Shown here: in pieces, positions 45,332-54,554 of the stretch
How positions within the stretch are numbered: position 1 is the stretch's first letter
Layout: the number at the start of each line of letters is the position of its first letter
Source: an uncultured Bacteroidaceae bacterium
Lineage (GTDB): Bacteria; Bacteroidota; Bacteroidia; Bacteroidales; GCA-2748055
Length of the DNA: 64,000 nt
Assembly: GCA_964526475.1 (NCBI GenBank)
Contig: CAZGKF010000002.1
Span: 66,562 to 130,561 of the forward strand
Direction of reading: 5' to 3'
The notes under the pieces: generated by a model
Told to the model about the DNA's origin: nothing
Seen by the model: the letters and a program-made list of their open reading frames with translations, nothing else
The model's database searches: none
Position numbers and translations under genes: made by a program

Positions 45332-45526
45332 AGCTTTATAATTTGCATAGTATCATGCATATCCGCAAATACCTAAAGTTTTGCATACCTCATTTCAAGT
45401 GAAGCAACTTTCTTAGAATCAATGATATAAATCGATAGTATAAAACTACTAAAAAGGATAATCAGTCAAGATAGAATTGAAAACCAAAAAATATTTTTTG
45501 TAATTGAATAGATAATAAGAATTTTA

Positions 45527-45558
45527 TATATTTGTATTCTATTAATTCGATAGAATAC
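45527..45558 (+). promoter_or_regulatory. Bacteroidetes -7 box (TAtaTTTG) abutting a 9-7-9 palindrome, a candidate Rrf2 operator
   Basis: tatatttg lies at 45527-45534. gtattctat-taattcg-atagaatac lies at 45534-45558, 12 nt before the Rrf2 ATG. Confidence 0.35.
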
Positions 45559-45570
45559 TTATATTAAAAA

Positions 45571-45984
45571 ATGAAACTCAATACCAAAGTAAGGTACGGT
45601 TTGCGGGCAATGGTGGATATTGCTGAATATCAGCAGAATGAAGGAATACTACAAAAAGATATTGCCGAACGTCAGGAGATACCCCTTAAATATCTGGATG
45701 CTATAATAACCGGTTTACGTAACCATGGCTTGATCATAAATATACGCGGTAAACGCAGTGGGTATAAACTTATCAAACCGGCTTCCGATGTCTCGGTTTA
45801 TGATATTTATCGCGCTTTTGAACCGGAACTGACTTTGGTAAATTGTCTGTGTGAATCGCTGGACTGCAACCGCTCCGGAATTTGTCCAGCCAAAGATTAT
45901 TGGTTCGAACTGAACAAACACCTGAAGTCGCTAATGCAGAATACATCACTTCAAGAGGTAATATTGGGTACTTTCAGGTTATGA
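45571..45984 (+). CDS. Rrf2-family transcriptional regulator with a Cys cluster
   Basis: 137 aa. The N-terminus MKLNTKVRYGLRAMVDIA is the Rrf2 wHTH. The C-terminal Cys residues in NCLCESLDCNRSGIC suggest Fe-S ligation. Confidence 0.85.
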   Translation: MKLNTKVRYGLRAMVDIAEYQQNEGILQKDIAERQEIPLKYLDAIITGLRNHGLIINIRGKRSGYKLIKPASDVSVYDIYRAFEPELTLVNCLCESLDCNRSGICPAKDYWFELNKHLKSLMQNTSLQEVILGTFRL

Positions 45985-46051
45985 AAAGAAACAATGAATT
46001 AATATATTAACACTGCTGAGTTCGCTTATTTTTCTATATTCAGAGAAGCTT

Positions 46052-47191
46052 ATGACATATCTACTAACAAGAAGACGACAGGGCTATAACAGGAAGGCAA
46101 TAACTATTGCAATCTTTATCTTTTTTTTTCATGGTAGAACTTTTACTCAGGACAACTCGGCTGTTTCCGGATTTTTAAATTCGGGCAATGCTTATGCCAC
46201 TATGTTTTTCGAGTACTATTACATACATCAGGGCGATGATACTTACCCGGGGCGTTCACAATTTGCCAAAAACAAAACAGGTGATAATGCATTTTCTTTC
46301 CGAAGGGTTTATTTAGGTTATCAGCACACTTTTTCTGATAAATTCTCAGGCAAAGTTCAGTTCGAAGTGACCGACAGGACGATTCTTGGAGGAGGTCAGC
46401 GGGCACCATTCTTAAAAGAAGCCAATTTGATCTGGAAAGACTTTTACCCAATGGCCGATTTAATTATTGGTCATAGCCTCACTCCCATTTGGTCAATAGA
46501 AGGCGCTGAATTTATTTGGCAATACCGGTCCATAGAACGTACCATTGCAGATATGCGCGGCCTGCGCTCATCCAACGACTCGGGCATCAGGATTAAAGGG
46601 AGCTTTAACCAATCACGAACATACGGGTATAACTTTATGGTGGGGAATAATAACGGTGCCCGGCCCGAGAACGATAAATTCAAACTGGTTTATTTTAACT
46701 TATGGTCAAAGTTTTTCAATAAAAGATTTTACCTCGAAATATATCAGGATTACAATAAGGCTGCTGAAAACAGGCATATTACAACCACAAAGGGGGTTTT
46801 TGCATGGAAAACCCCAACCTACACGCTTGCTGCCGAAATGGTAAATCAAGATCGGGGCAGATTTGGGGCTGATAATGACGATATCATCATTCAGGGCATT
46901 AGTATCTTTGCCCACGCCAACATTTTGAATAATAATTTAAGGGCTTTCGGGCGCTTCGACTCTTACAACCCCGATGTTAACTTCTTTGCAGGTCATTATG
47001 CCACTGATGCTATAAAACCCTTCGATGAAAAGTTCTATACCTTTGGCCTGGATTTTACTCCTCATAATAATATCCATGTAATGCCAAATATCTGGATAAA
47101 CTCATATAAAAACAAGATGGACAGTCAGGAAACCCCAAAAACTGAGATTGTAGCCAGACTTACTTTTAATGTTAACTTTAAACAGAAATAA
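46052..47191 (+). CDS. Putative outer-membrane porin (phosphate-selective porin O/P-like)
   Basis: 379 aa with alternating beta-strand-like pattern, aromatic girdles and a C-terminal ...RLTFNVNFKQK. Family assignment is tentative. Confidence 0.4.
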   Translation: MTYLLTRRRQGYNRKAITIAIFIFFFHGRTFTQDNSAVSGFLNSGNAYATMFFEYYYIHQGDDTYPGRSQFAKNKTGDNAFSFRRVYLGYQHTFSDKFSGKVQFEVTDRTILGGGQRAPFLKEANLIWKDFYPMADLIIGHSLTPIWSIEGAEFIWQYRSIERTIADMRGLRSSNDSGIRIKGSFNQSRTYGYNFMVGNNNGARPENDKFKLVYFNLWSKFFNKRFYLEIYQDYNKAAENRHITTTKGVFAWKTPTYTLAAEMVNQDRGRFGADNDDIIIQGISIFAHANILNNNLRAFGRFDSYNPDVNFFAGHYATDAIKPFDEKFYTFGLDFTPHNNIHVMPNIWINSYKNKMDSQETPKTEIVARLTFNVNFKQK

Positions 47192-47253
47192 ATGTGTAGT
47201 GTAAAAAAAGTGATAGTTGATTTTAATTTGGTATTGTTTCTGGAAAGCAATGA

Positions 47254-48171
47254 ATGCAATTAACCAATAATTCTATGGGAAAATCAGAAAATAAAGACAA
47301 ACTCGCACGTCGTACGTTTTTGCGAAGTGCACTATTAACAGGTGCCACAGCCGGACTGGCAACTGCGGGTGTGATAGTTTCGCGTACTGGGAAACAGGGC
47401 GATACGCCTCTTGGTGAAGATACTATCCGCCTCATTTCAGAACCAGATACAATAAAACTCAATGAAGAATCGGATGTCCTGCTTCGAATGCAGGCAGAAT
47501 TGCGCACTGCGCTGAAAAAACCAGTTGAACAACGCAAATGGATTATGGTGATTGATACCCGTAAATGCGTGGGGTGTCACGCCTGCACGGTAGCATGTAT
47601 TGCTGAAAACAAGTTACCACCGGGGGTTGTTTACCGGCCGGTTGTTCAGGAGGAGTTTGGCAGGTATCCAAATGTTCAGTTGCGTTTTTTTCCCAGACCT
47701 TGCATGCAATGTGAATCCCCTTCGTGCACTACCGTATGTCCGGTAAAAGCCACCTGGAAACGGGAAGACGGAATTACAGTTGTTGATTACGAAAAGTGCA
47801 TTGGCTGCCGTTACTGCCTGACAGCTTGTCCTTACGGGGCAAGAACGAGCGACTTTGGGGAATATTACACTCAGGGAACACCTGAATTACAACCTTATGA
47901 GCTTCTTCCTAATAATGAGTATGGCAAAGCCTGGAACCGGTCAGAGGGGCATAGTTCACCCAAGGGCAATGCACGTAAATGTCATTTTTGCCTCCACCGT
48001 CTCGATGAAGGGCTTTTGCCACAGTGCGTTACTACCTGCATTGGCCGTGCTACCTATTTTGGCGATGCCAATAACCCTGAAAGCCTGATATCGGAACTTT
48101 CACGCTTACCGAACCAGATAAAGCTTCTCGAAGAAAAAGGGACAAAACCTAATGTCATTTATCTTATCTGA
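47254..48171 (+). CDS. ttrB: Tetrathionate-reductase-type 4Fe-4S ferredoxin subunit
   Basis: 305 aa with the twin-arginine-like [17 protein letters not shown]. Four Cys groups are present ([41 protein letters not shown]...CVTTC). Confidence 0.7.
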   Translation: MQLTNNSMGKSENKDKLARRTFLRSALLTGATAGLATAGVIVSRTGKQGDTPLGEDTIRLISEPDTIKLNEESDVLLRMQAELRTALKKPVEQRKWIMVIDTRKCVGCHACTVACIAENKLPPGVVYRPVVQEEFGRYPNVQLRFFPRPCMQCESPSCTTVCPVKATWKREDGITVVDYEKCIGCRYCLTACPYGARTSDFGEYYTQGTPELQPYELLPNNEYGKAWNRSEGHSSPKGNARKCHFCLHRLDEGLLPQCVTTCIGRATYFGDANNPESLISELSRLPNQIKLLEEKGTKPNVIYLI

Positions 48172-48177
48172 TCGGTC

Positions 48178-49320
48178 ATGGATAATAAAACACAAAATAT
48201 ATTGAAATTGATCTGGGCGCTCTTATTCATCATTGGATCAATAGCCCTGATCACTAAGTTCGCCACCGGTGAACGGTTGGTTGGTTACGGAAGCTACGTA
48301 CCTTGGGGGCTTTGGGTCGCCCTGTATTTCCATTTTGTGGGAATAGCAGGTGGAGTTTTTGTGATTGGGGCAGGTGGTTACATCTTGAACCTTCCCGGCT
48401 TTCGCGAGAATATCCGTTCCATCATGATCATTGCTGCTTCATCTGTGGTTGCAGGACTTTTATCTATCTGGCTTGACCTGGGACAGCCTTTCCGGTTCCA
48501 AAATATATTCATGTCTCCAAACTTTGGGTCAATGATGACATTTAATGCATGGTCTTACACCGCTTTTCTTATTATGATGGCTGCTATTTTTTACTTATCA
48601 TTTAAGAAAAATAACATCTCTGATTTAAATGACCGCACAGGCTGGTTACTTCCAATAATGATTTTAGGGATATTCATCTCAGTGGCTTTCCCCAGCCAAA
48701 GCGGTTCTTTCTTTGGGGTTGTGGATGCTAAACCATTCTGGAACTCGGGTCTTTTGTCTGTTATGTTCCTTACTTCGGCTATTACTTCGGGGGCAGCCGT
48801 TTTAATGTTTTATTTTACGGTTATTTCAAAAAGTGCCCGGCCAGATGATGCAACATTCAACTACTTGTTAAAAGTCCTGGTTGGCGGAATCCTGGCGTAT
48901 CTGGCCTCTGAATTTGCTGAATACAGTATTGCTTACTGGTCGCCCAATTCACATACCTTCGAAGCGGCAAAACTGGTTATTCAAGGGCCATTCTGGTGGG
49001 TATTCTGGTTAGTGCATATCGGTGGTGCAATTTTAGCACTGGTAATGCTTTTTACATTGAAAACGAAAGCATCGTATGGCATTGCAGCGTTCATCATCGC
49101 GGTAACTTTTGTTTCGGCTCGTTTGAATGTGTTGATTCCGGGGCAGAGCATTGAACAGCTTCACGGACTTAGAGAAGCTTTCTCGCACGATCGTTTAAGT
49201 TTTGTTTATACAGCGACTAAACTCGAGTACCTGGTGTCTTTTTTCATCGCGACCTTGCCTGTCGGGATGTCATACATCGGGATTATCTTATTGAGAAAGT
49301 TTGAGGCAATAATAAAATAG
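48178..49320 (+). CDS. ttrC: NrfD/PsrC-family integral membrane quinol-interacting subunit
   Basis: 380 aa, about 9-10 TM, located between the FeS and catalytic subunits. Confidence 0.65.
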   Translation: MDNKTQNILKLIWALLFIIGSIALITKFATGERLVGYGSYVPWGLWVALYFHFVGIAGGVFVIGAGGYILNLPGFRENIRSIMIIAASSVVAGLLSIWLDLGQPFRFQNIFMSPNFGSMMTFNAWSYTAFLIMMAAIFYLSFKKNNISDLNDRTGWLLPIMILGIFISVAFPSQSGSFFGVVDAKPFWNSGLLSVMFLTSAITSGAAVLMFYFTVISKSARPDDATFNYLLKVLVGGILAYLASEFAEYSIAYWSPNSHTFEAAKLVIQGPFWWVFWLVHIGGAILALVMLFTLKTKASYGIAAFIIAVTFVSARLNVLIPGQSIEQLHGLREAFSHDRLSFVYTATKLEYLVSFFIATLPVGMSYIGIILLRKFEAIIK

Positions 49321-49328
49321 ACAAGAAT

Positions 49329-52300
49329 ATGGACAAAAAAAATCAAAATATATCACGCAGGGGTTTTCTGGGGAAAGGTGCTTTATTGGGAACAGGTTTG
49401 GGCATTTTACCTGCTTCAAACCTGCTCGGCGCAAATGAGGGAAAAATCCTGAAGAACAAAAGAGAAGATGTAGATTATCAATTAAATAATCCTGAGAACA
49501 TCATGTATTCGGTATGCTTGAATTGTAATACCGGTTGTGGAATAAAATGTAAAATTCAGGAAGGAGTATTGGTGAAAATTGATGGAAATCCATACAATCC
49601 ATGGACCATGGTTCCTCACTTACCCATGAGTGCCAAAATGGATGAAACGGCAATAGTTGATGGAGGGCTTTGCCCAAAAGGCCAGGCAGGTGTGCAAATA
49701 GCCTATGACCCATACCGCATTCGCAAAGCGCTTAAACGTTCCGGTAAGCGGGGTGAGAACAAATGGATAAGCATTCCTTTCGATCAGGCCATTACAGAAA
49801 TTGTTGAAGGGGGCAATCTTTTTACTGAAGTTCCCGGTGAGGAAAACCGAAAAGTAGAAGGTTTACGTTCCATCATGGCACTAACGGATAAAAAGGTAGC
49901 CAAAGAGATGTCCAAAAGCGTTCAGGCAATTTGGGACGAAAAAGATGAAATCAGGAAAGCCAAATTGGTAAATAATTTTCAACAAACTTTTACCCACCAT
50001 CTTGAAGCACTTATTGACCCGTTGCACCCCGATTTGGGGCCAAAAAACAACCAGTTTGTTATCGCCTGGGGACGGTTAAAAAACGGACGCAAGGAGTTTA
50101 TTTCAAAATTGGGTGAAGCTTTTGGTACCACCAACCTTCATGGTCACACTACCGTTTGTCAGGGTTCCTTGTATTTTACCTGCAAAGCCATAAGTGAACA
50201 ATACATTGGCGGAAAGTTTAGCGGGGGTAATAAATTCTACTGGCAGACTGATATTGAACATGCCCGTTATATTTTATTTGTGGGTGCCAACCTGTTTGAT
50301 GCCAACTATGGGCCTACAAACCGAACAGTGAGGTTAACTAAAAACCTGGAAAGTGGCTATACAAAAATTGGTGTGGCTGATCCAAGGTATTCAAAACTTG
50401 CAAGCAAAGCAGAAACATGGCTGCCCATTAAGCCCGGGCAGGATGCAGCCCTGGCCTTAGCGATTATGCAATGGATGTTTCAAAATGAACGATTCGATAA
50501 GAAATTTCTTGCCAATGCCAATAAGGCTGCGGCAATTGCATCAGGAGAACCAAGCTGGACAAATGCATCGCTGCTTGTTGAAATGATCGATGGTGTACCT
50601 GGAAAACTACTGCGGGCTTCTGATCTTGGGCTCTGTTCCCCCGCTCAAAAATCACTTACCGATGGCACAAAATACGTAGAAAAATATTTGGTCGCTTCGG
50701 TAAACGGAAATCCGGTAAAAGTAGATCCAAACGATGATGCGTTTGCCATTTATGGCGATTTGTTTGTTGACAGGATTTTTACAAGAAAAGATGGTACGAA
50801 AGTAGCAGTGAAGTCGGCACTTCAGCTCTTAAAAGAAGAAGCCAATAAATATTCGTTTGCTGATTGGTGCGAGTTGGCAGGACTCAAGGAAAAAGATGTT
50901 GAAAAAGTGGCCAGGGAGCTTACCAGCTATGGCAAACAAGCATCAGTTGATATTCACCGGGGAGTAGCACAACACACGAATGGCTTTTACAATGTATTTT
51001 CATGGATGAGCGTGAATATGTTACTGGGCAATTATGACTGGCAAGGGGGTATGTCCAAAGCCACAACTTATAAGTATGATGGTTCAGGCGGAGGAAAATT
51101 TAACCTGAAAAATAATCCGGGTAAGATTCAAACCTTCGGCATCAGCAGTATCCGGCATGACATTGATTATGAAAAAACAACATTATTTGAAGGATACCCC
51201 GCGAAACGAAACTGGTACCCGCTTTCGAGTGATATATACGAAGAGATTATTCCCAGCATCGGTGAAGCATATCCTTATCCCGTTAAAGCACTTTTCACCT
51301 ATATGGGTGCACCCACTTACTCCCTGCCTGCCGGTCATACAAATATTGAGGTACTTACCGATTTGGAAAAACTTCCCCTGCATTTTACCAGCGATATACT
51401 TATTGGCTCCACCTCCATGTATGCCGATTATATTTTCCCCGATCTATCCTATTTGGAGCGTTGGGAGTTTCAGGGTTCCCACCCTAACATGATCTGCAAG
51501 GTGGAAAACATAAGGCAACCTGTTATTTCCCCCATACCTGAAACGGTGAAAGTTTATGGCGAAGAAATGCCTGTTTCAATGGAAACCACCTTAATGGCCA
51601 TTAGCGAAAAACTTGGGCTGGAATCGTTTGGGAAAAATGCCTTGGGGGATGGCATAGATTTTACCCGTCCTGAAGATTTATACCTGAGAGGTGTAGCAAA
51701 TATTGCCCTTGGAGATGCCCCCGGGAAAGAAGTCCCGGATGCCGACAAACGCGAATTGGAAATTTTCAGCCTCGCCCGTCGGCATTTGCCCAAAACGGTG
51801 TTTGATGAGGCAAGATGGAAAACTATTGTTGGCGAAGATATGTGGCCAAAAGTCGTTTACTTGCTTAACCGTGGAGGCCGGTATGCTGAAGCCGGGACAA
51901 ATGCCGATGGTAAGTTGACCAATAAATATGGCGCTTACATGAATTTATACCAGGAGAAAACAGCAGAAAAGAAATATTCAGGAACAGGAAAACCTTATTT
52001 TGGTTTACCGCAGTATATTCCACAGAAGAACTACGCAGGTGAAACACTTGAAAAGTTAAGTGAAGGGTACGATTTACATTTGATCACAAGTCGTACCATA
52101 ACGCAAACCAAATCCAGAACTGTATCAGCATACTGGCTTGAAGGAATATTACCGGAGAACTCCATTATAATAAATGCTCTTGATGCTGAAAGACTGGGCT
52201 TTGATGATGGTGAGGAAGCCAGGATTGTAAGTGCAACCAACCCAGAAGGAAAATGGGATTTTAAAAATGGTAAAACGAAGTTTATTATAGGGAGAATAAA

Positions 52301-52547
52301 AAAAACGGAAGCCATACGCCCTGGAATTATAAGTTTTTACCTGGGTTTTGGTCATTGGGCCACCGGAGCAGATGATGTGGAAATTAATGGGGAAATTGTA
52401 AAGGGCGACCCCCGGCGTGCTAAAGGATTTCATGCTAACGCCGTTATGTGGACAGACAGCTCTTTAAAAAATAATACCTGCATGGTTGATCCCGTAGGTG
52501 GAAGTGTTTCGTTTTACGACACTAAAGTTAAACTGGTTAAAGTATAA
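49329..52547 (+). CDS. ttrA: Molybdopterin (bis-MGD) oxidoreductase catalytic subunit, tetrathionate reductase TtrA-like
   Basis: 1072 aa with Tat signal SRRGFLGKGALLG. The N-terminal FeS motif is CLNCNTGC...CPKG. Its size (over 1000 aa) and the B-C-A gene order match Salmonella ttrBCA rather than psr/phs (A-B-C) or arr (A-B). Confidence 0.65.
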   Translation: MDKKNQNISRRGFLGKGALLGTGLGILPASNLLGANEGKILKNKREDVDYQLNNPENIMYSVCLNCNTGCGIKCKIQEGVLVKIDGNPYNPWTMVPHLPMSAKMDETAIVDGGLCPKGQAGVQIAYDPYRIRKALKRSGKRGENKWISIPFDQAITEIVEGGNLFTEVPGEENRKVEGLRSIMALTDKKVAKEMSKSVQAIWDEKDEIRKAKLVNNFQQTFTHHLEALIDPLHPDLGPKNNQFVIAWGRLKNGRKEFISKLGEAFGTTNLHGHTTVCQGSLYFTCKAISEQYIGGKFSGGNKFYWQTDIEHARYILFVGANLFDANYGPTNRTVRLTKNLESGYTKIGVADPRYSKLASKAETWLPIKPGQDAALALAIMQWMFQNERFDKKFLANANKAAAIASGEPSWTNASLLVEMIDGVPGKLLRASDLGLCSPAQKSLTDGTKYVEKYLVASVNGNPVKVDPNDDAFAIYGDLFVDRIFTRKDGTKVAVKSALQLLKEEANKYSFADWCELAGLKEKDVEKVARELTSYGKQASVDIHRGVAQHTNGFYNVFSWMSVNMLLGNYDWQGGMSKATTYKYDGSGGGKFNLKNNPGKIQTFGISSIRHDIDYEKTTLFEGYPAKRNWYPLSSDIYEEIIPSIGEAYPYPVKALFTYMGAPTYSLPAGHTNIEVLTDLEKLPLHFTSDILIGSTSMYADYIFPDLSYLERWEFQGSHPNMICKVENIRQPVISPIPETVKVYGEEMPVSMETTLMAISEKLGLESFGKNALGDGIDFTRPEDLYLRGVANIALGDAPGKEVPDADKRELEIFSLARRHLPKTVFDEARWKTIVGEDMWPKVVYLLNRGGRYAEAGTNADGKLTNKYGAYMNLYQEKTAEKKYSGTGKPYFGLPQYIPQKNYAGETLEKLSEGYDLHLITSRTITQTKSRTVSAYWLEGILPENSIIINALDAERLGFDDGEEARIVSATNPEGKWDFKNGKTKFIIGRIKKTEAIRPGIISFYLGFGHWATGADDVEINGEIVKGDPRRAKGFHANAVMWTDSSLKNNTCMVDPVGGSVSFYDTKVKLVKV

Positions 52548-52570
52548 TTACCAGGTTTAGTAAATGATTA

Positions 52571-52691
52571 TTACTCCGAGTTATGGTTTCTAATGCTAAA
52601 TGTAATGAAACCAAAACCGATGGGACAGACGGGAAACCTGCTGTCCTCCCGATTTGCGTCTGTGGCGTAATGAATTTGGAAAGGAGCAGTA
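52571..52691 (+). promoter_or_regulatory. Molybdenum-cofactor (Moco/Tuco) riboswitch-like aptamer
   Basis: The conserved Moco-motif strings occur in order: ACUCCGAG (52573-80), ACGGGAAAC (52629-37), GUCCUCCC (52643-50), GGAAAGGAG (52678-86). Supporting hairpins are ggtttc/gaaacc (52585-90/52607-12) and gacag/ctgtc (52624-28/52641-45). Confidence 0.65.
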
Positions 52692-52776
52692 AATATTTTT
52701 CAGTCATTGTAAGCATTCCGAAAGGGACAAAATTGTTCTTTTCCGGTTAGTTGTTCTATGACCGAAAAAACAAGTA

Positions 52777-52810
52777 CTCCTCTTTTCTATGCGAAAAGAG
52801 GTTTTTTTTT
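52777..52810 (+). terminator. Intrinsic terminator acting as the riboswitch expression platform
   Basis: cctcttttc-tatgc-gaaaagagg is followed by nine T (52802-52810). It lies 17 nt before the ATG at 52827. Confidence 0.6.
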
Positions 52811-52826
52811 ATTTTCAGAAAGCACG

Positions 52827-54554
52827 ATGAAAAGCGATGTGACATTGAGCGATACCTGGCTGAAGGCCTCCATACTGGGCGCAACATGGGCTGCCTCCGA
52901 AATTATCTTAGGAAGCTTTCTGCATAATTTACGTATCCCATTTAAAGGCAATATCCTGACTACTATCGCTTTTATCCTGCTAATAGCGGTTAGTTACAAA
53001 TGGAATGACCGTGGATTATTCTGGCGCTCGGGGCTGGTTTGTGCATTAATGAAGACCATGTCTCCCAGTGCGGTAATTTTTGGTCCTATGGTAGCCATTT
53101 TTATGGAGTCGCTTCTGCTTGATCTTTCAGTGAGACTTTTAGGCCGGAACGTTTTAGGCTTTTTGTTAGGATCAGTAATTGCTATGTCGTGGATATTAGC
53201 ACAAAAGATATTCAACTATATACTTTTCTATGGGCATGGTCTGATTGATATCTATAGCCAGCTTATGATATTTATTGAAAAACAGTTGCAATTTCAATTC
53301 AATCTGGTTTGGGCGCCCATTGTTATATTGCTGGGCATTAATCTCCTTTTTGGCCTTATTGCTGTTGCTTTGGGTATGTATGCAGGACGAAACCTGATAA
53401 ACGAATCTAATACCTTAGAAAAAGCTCAGGGATTTAAGCAGCACGACCTGCCGGTTCAAAAACCAGGGCATTTCCCTTACTCGGTGCCATGGCTGATTGT
53501 AAATATCGCAGTGCTATTGGGTATGTTGTTTATTCTAAACAGAAGCCCTTTATGGCTTTGGGCCCCAACCACAATTATCGTAATCTCTGTATGGAGCCAT
53601 CGCTACGGTCGTGCTTTACGACAGCTATCCAAACCTAAATTCTGGGTATTCTTTGTGGGTATAACAATGGTATCCGCTTTTATAATCACTGCTATCCAAA
53701 ACAATGGAGACAACTGGGTGCAAGGATTGCTCGCGGGCTTGCAAATGAATTTCAGGGCAGCAATTGTTATTAGCGGATTCACTGTTCTTGGAACAGAGCT
53801 TTACAATCCAATAATCAGGCAATTTTTTTCCCGAAGCACCTTTAAACAATTGCCTGTGGCTTTAAATCTGGCATTTGAAACGCTCCCTTATGTTATCGGT
53901 AAATTACCCGATGTTAAAAGCATTCTAAAATATCCTGTTACTGTTATCAGACTATTGGTCAATCACGCGGAAGATCGGTTTAAGGAGCTGAAAAGCATTC
54001 AGAAGAAGCCTGTTTTTTTAATTACCGGGGATAAATCAGAAGGTAAAACACGATTTACTAAAGAACTCATTGAGTCTTTACAATCTGGAAAAATATCGGT
54101 TGGAGGAGTACTCTCCTGTAAAATAACAATTAATGGAACTACCTCGGGCTATGATCTTATTGATATTGCTACTGGCGAAAGGATGCAATTTCTTAAAATA
54201 AACGGGGAATTAACTTCACATAAAGTTGGGAGGTTCGAAATTAATTCACAAACATTATTACAAGGGAAACAAATTCTTCACCCATCAAAGCTTTCAATGC
54301 ATGATGTTGTAGTTATTGATGAGACAGGCAAATTGGAAGTTCAGGGAAAAGGATGGGCCGATAGTATTGAAGGAATCCTGAAAGCAAATAGTCATCCATT
54401 AGTTATAACCGTCAGAACTGATTTTATCAACGCGGTCATCGAAAAATTTGGTCTTGAAAACCCTCTTATTCATCGCGTTTCTGATAGCAATAGTCATCAG
54501 GTTGCAAATAATATTATTGAGGCATGCATAGAAATGAAGAGATTACCGGAATAA
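52827..54554 (+). CDS. Fusion protein: polytopic membrane domain of about 390 aa plus a C-terminal THEP1/NTPase_1-type P-loop NTPase
   Basis: The start is placed at 52827 (MKSDVTL) because the track start at 52758 would span the terminator. Walker A is ITGDKSEGKT and Walker B is VVVIDETGKLE. The GYDLIDIATGE and HKVGRFEIN blocks resemble THEP1. Confidence 0.55.
   Translation: MKSDVTLSDTWLKASILGATWAASEIILGSFLHNLRIPFKGNILTTIAFILLIAVSYKWNDRGLFWRSGLVCALMKTMSPSAVIFGPMVAIFMESLLLDLSVRLLGRNVLGFLLGSVIAMSWILAQKIFNYILFYGHGLIDIYSQLMIFIEKQLQFQFNLVWAPIVILLGINLLFGLIAVALGMYAGRNLINESNTLEKAQGFKQHDLPVQKPGHFPYSVPWLIVNIAVLLGMLFILNRSPLWLWAPTTIIVISVWSHRYGRALRQLSKPKFWVFFVGITMVSAFIITAIQNNGDNWVQGLLAGLQMNFRAAIVISGFTVLGTELYNPIIRQFFSRSTFKQLPVALNLAFETLPYVIGKLPDVKSILKYPVTVIRLLVNHAEDRFKELKSIQKKPVFLITGDKSEGKTRFTKELIESLQSGKISVGGVLSCKITINGTTSGYDLIDIATGERMQFLKINGELTSHKVGRFEINSQTLLQGKQILHPSKLSMHDVVVIDETGKLEVQGKGWADSIEGILKANSHPLVITVRTDFINAVIEKFGLENPLIHRVSDSNSHQVANNIIEACIEMKRLPE

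Noticed and set aside
45332-45376. C-terminal tail of the 89-aa IS3 OrfA ORF (SFIICIVSCISANT)
   Set aside because: It has no similarity to the IS3 OrfA continuation (expected GQLxxE...). It is read-through into unrelated sequence past the truncation point.
47223-47537. 104-aa minus-strand ORF
   Set aside because: It is antisense to the 5' end of ttrB. Its Ser/Arg/Pro-rich composition mirrors the Tat-signal coding region.
49329-52547. Calling the molybdoenzyme a respiratory arsenate reductase (ArrA) or ArxA because of the adjacent ars genes
   Set aside because: Arr and Arx catalytic subunits are about 850 aa and are encoded A-B(-C). Here the subunit is 1072 aa in a B-C-A operon, which fits Ttr. 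The question is kept open as a substrate issue rather than an annotation.
52758-52826. Track-predicted N-terminal extension (MTEKTSTPLFYAKRGFFLFSEST) of the membrane/NTPase fusion
   Set aside because: The extension would be translated straight through a strong stem plus T9 terminator. The internal ATG at 52827 follows the terminator and begins the hydrophobic domain.
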